Shown here piece after piece: positions 61,392-64,000 of a DNA stretch of 64,000 nt. A program made the position numbers and the translations under genes. The stretch comes from Acidobacteriota bacterium (lineage in GTDB: Bacteria > Acidobacteriota > UBA890 > WLXD01), in assembly GCA_965205505.1 (NCBI GenBank), contig CBDBHB010000009.1, positions 1,120,001 to 1,184,000 of the forward strand, in the 5' to 3' direction. The stretch's first letter is position 1, and each line of letters begins with the position of its first letter. The notes under the pieces were generated by a model. That model was not told the origin of the DNA, did no database searches, and saw only the letters and a program-made list of their open reading frames with translations.

Positions 61392-61580
61392 TTGCGCATC
61401 CTCCGCTGCGAATTACCTGTTCACGGAAGCGAAATCGCCGGATTTCGATGTGGACACTACCTCGACGAAAATAGTATTGCAACCGATGGTAAACTCCGAA
61501 GTGGTTCGCGTGTTGCAAACGTGGGGCAGAAGGGCTGTCGTGTTTTCGCGGGTGCTGAGTTGGTACAGACTGGCTCAGCC

Positions 61581-62768
61581 ATGATCTCGTCAGAACAGCT
61601 GTCGATGCGCTTCTCCAACGTCGGCCACAGCTTTTCGCACCTGTTCATGCTGCTGTATCCGACCGCGCTGCTCGGCTTGGAGTCGGAGCTGGGCATGAGC
61701 TATGCGGAGCTCGTCGCGCTGCTGACGGCCGGCAACGTCCTTTTCGGCCTCGGCGCCCTGCCGGCTGGCTGGCTCGGCGACCGCTGGGACGCCCTGCGCA
61801 TGATGGTGCTGTTCTTCGTTGGTCTCGGCGTTGCCTCGATCCTCACCGGGTTGATGGGCAGCGCCATCGGCATCGGGTTCGGCCTTGCCTTGATGGGGCT
61901 GTTTGCGTCGATCTACCACCCGGTCGGGATCGCCTGGTTGGTACGCAACGCTCCGAGCCCCGGCCGGGTGTTGGGCGTCAACGGGATCTTCGGCAGCTTG
62001 GGAATCGCCTCGGCCAGCGTGATCGCGGGCCTGCTTACCGACCTGATCAGCTGGCGCGCCGCGTTCATTGTTCCGGGGGTAGTTTGCACGGTCACGGGCC
62101 TGTTGCTCTGGCGCTACATCCGTGACGGCTCCATCGTGGCGCGAGAGCGCGACGTGCAGGAGCTTGATCGGAGCGCGCCGGGCGAGGGCCGGTCGCGCGT
62201 ATTCCTGGTGATGACCATCGCTATCCTGTGCGGCGGCATGATGTTCCAGGCACTGTCGGTGATCATGCCCAAGTTGTTTGCCGAGCGGTTGCTGCAGCCC
62301 GGCGAATTCAGCGCTCTTGGGGCCGGCGGCCTGGTGTCGCTTGTCTACCTCATCGCCGCCGCCGCCCACCTGATCGGCGGGTATCTGGCAGATCGCCACA
62401 CGGCGCGTCCGGTCTACGTCGGGATCTACGCGATCGTCACGCCACTGCTGCTGATCGCGGCCGGCATGAGCGGGTACGGCCTGGTAGCGGTTCTGGCCGT
62501 CGCCGTCTTTCTGCAAACCGGGGGCATTCCGGTCGAGAACGTCCTACTGGCCCGCTACTCGCCGCCCGACTGGCGTGGCACCGTCTACGGCGTCAAGTTC
62601 GTCATCGCCTTCGGCGTTGCGTCGTTGGCGGTGCCCATGGTCGCGGTGCTGCATGGGTTCACTGGCGGTTTTTTCTGGGTGATGGTGACCCTCGGAGGAC
62701 TGGGCGCGGCGGTGGCTCTGGTTAGCATGTTCTTGCCCACCGAGCGCCGCGTCACCACCGCGCTTTGA
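61581..62768 (+). CDS. MFS transporter
   Basis: About 12 TM helices; GWLGDRW, ASIYHPVG, GYLADR. Confidence 0.88.
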   Translation: MISSEQLSMRFSNVGHSFSHLFMLLYPTALLGLESELGMSYAELVALLTAGNVLFGLGALPAGWLGDRWDALRMMVLFFVGLGVASILTGLMGSAIGIGFGLALMGLFASIYHPVGIAWLVRNAPSPGRVLGVNGIFGSLGIASASVIAGLLTDLISWRAAFIVPGVVCTVTGLLLWRYIRDGSIVARERDVQELDRSAPGEGRSRVFLVMTIAILCGGMMFQALSVIMPKLFAERLLQPGEFSALGAGGLVSLVYLIAAAAHLIGGYLADRHTARPVYVGIYAIVTPLLLIAAGMSGYGLVAVLAVAVFLQTGGIPVENVLLARYSPPDWRGTVYGVKFVIAFGVASLAVPMVAVLHGFTGGFFWVMVTLGGLGAAVALVSMFLPTERRVTTAL

Positions 62769-63567
62769 CGAAGATGCTGGCGCGAGTGCCGTCCACGTCT
62801 GCGGTGCCGGCAAAGAGCGGTTGGTCGTCGACGCTGGCGTCGATGCTCGAGCTCTGAATGTGGATACCGATGCTCGCGTTCTTGAAGCTCAGATGTTCCA
62901 GCCCGGCGCCGCGAACAAACTGCGACCCGTCCACAGTCCGAAACTTCACGGCAAACCAGCCGAAATCCGCCGTGAAGCGCCACTTCCGGGACAACATTTG
63001 GCGCAACTCCACGCCAACGAACGGGAGTGGCGCATCAACGGTCGCCTCTTCGCGCAGCCCGAGCACCGGCGCCTCGATGGAGAACAGGTAGTCTACGCGC
63101 CGCACCCCGATTCCGATGCCGAAGGCCGTGCGGTTCGTGACGATCGAATAGTAGCGATACCAAATGCGGAGCTCCTCCTGTTCTGTTGCCAAGGTGACGG
63201 CCTGGTCGATTGGGATCTCGATGTCACCGAATTGAATCCCGGTCAACACTTGGCTCGCCGAGCTGCGATCGACCTTGAACCAGCTTGCGCCGATCAGGTG
63301 TCGCTTGGCGATTCGCCACTCGGCGCTGAGGCTGGGTATGGTCTTCGACGCGTCGAGATCCAAGTCGCCTTCGAAATTGATCGTCGTGCCGACGCCGAGC
63401 TGCTCGGAATCCAGGCGGACAACCGTCTTGAGATTCAGCAGGTAGGAAGCCTCGAGGGCGACGCTTACTTTGTCGAAGAGCCTGAGCTGCTCCTCCTGAG
63501 CCCGAGCGGGCACGGCGAAGGCGAGACACAAGCCCGCAGCCAGCGCGATCGGACCGAAGCCCCTCAT
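62752..63567 (-). CDS. Putative outer-membrane beta-barrel protein
   Basis: Signal peptide, GTTINFEGDL, APLPFVG, amphipathic strands, terminal aromatic residue (ARW). Confidence 0.65.
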   Translation of the reverse strand: MRGFGPIALAAGLCLAFAVPARAQEEQLRLFDKVSVALEASYLLNLKTVVRLDSEQLGVGTTINFEGDLDLDASKTIPSLSAEWRIAKRHLIGASWFKVDRSSASQVLTGIQFGDIEIPIDQAVTLATEQEELRIWYRYYSIVTNRTAFGIGIGVRRVDYLFSIEAPVLGLREEATVDAPLPFVGVELRQMLSRKWRFTADFGWFAVKFRTVDGSQFVRGAGLEHLSFKNASIGIHIQSSSIDASVDDQPLFAGTADVDGTRASIFVKARW

Positions 63568-63947
63568 GTCCCTCGCTCACCCCGTGTACCAGTACCCGCA
63601 GACTGATCGTACCTGATCCGGCCCTGCGCGCGCTGGCGGTGGCCGGACTGCTCTTTCTCGTAGGGCTGGGACTGCTCTATCTGATCGAGGTGCTCGGCTG
63701 ATCGCCAGGTCACGTTGGAAGGGGCGCTACGGATGCCCGGTAGACAGGTTTCGGAGGATTGCCGACACTCGCACCAGAGTGCAAAGCGTGGAGCGGCTAC
63801 CGATCTACGGTGGCGTGGAGCATGCAGGAGGGAATGGGCCCACCACACTTGCACCACGGTCTGCTAGGTCCGGCTCTCGCCTGTGGCCGATGCCACCTTC
63901 CCACTACAATGCGGCGGGCGCTCATCCCCACAAGGAAGCCGTCAACG

Positions 63948-64000
63948 TGACCGGCAGATCCCTCGCTCCCTACAAGATCATCGCCGCTCTGGCGCTCCTA
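63948..64000 (+). other. Possible degenerate kinase N-terminus (MTGRSLAPYKIIAAL) at the window edge
   Basis: Resembles MIG.TL..Y.I...LG kinase starts; -10-like TACAAT at about 63906. Confidence 0.35.

Overview
GC-rich (roughly two-thirds GC) bacterial chromosome segment, most likely Acidobacteriota (inferred from a PadR plus ADOP duplicated-permease pair, several Ser/Thr kinases with TolB-propeller or TPR tails, and CRTAC1 and Vps10-like proteins). Left to right: S9 peptidase, DUF4097, GH113 and rlmI; a convergent amino-sugar/glycosylation island (5.9-14.9 kb); an accessory region running up to the 3' end of tRNA-Pro(TGG) (15.0-23.7 kb); amidase-GerMN-rdgB; catabolic clusters (LLM/ALDH, malate synthase G, carnitine, itaconate-like); a MazF toxin; a kinase-TPR gene facing a small secreted protein; ADOP/PadR and an MFS transporter. 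The best novelty candidates are: (1) a two-gene ThsB-type TIR plus unknown membrane-anchored effector beside the tRNA (possible new Thoeris-like defence system); (2) two kinase-bearing units (about 16.1-21.2 kb and 54.8-58.2 kb) bounded by the same conserved 5' and 3' non-coding elements in the same relative orientation; (3) a duplicated small two-Cys ORF followed by a 59-bp structured non-coding element far more conserved than the protein; (4) two ~48-bp intragenic rearrangements (one inversion, one translocation). Many genes carry frameshifts or in-frame stops, so gene decay and sequencing/assembly error cannot be separated without reads. All calls are by eye from the sequence; no database searches were run.
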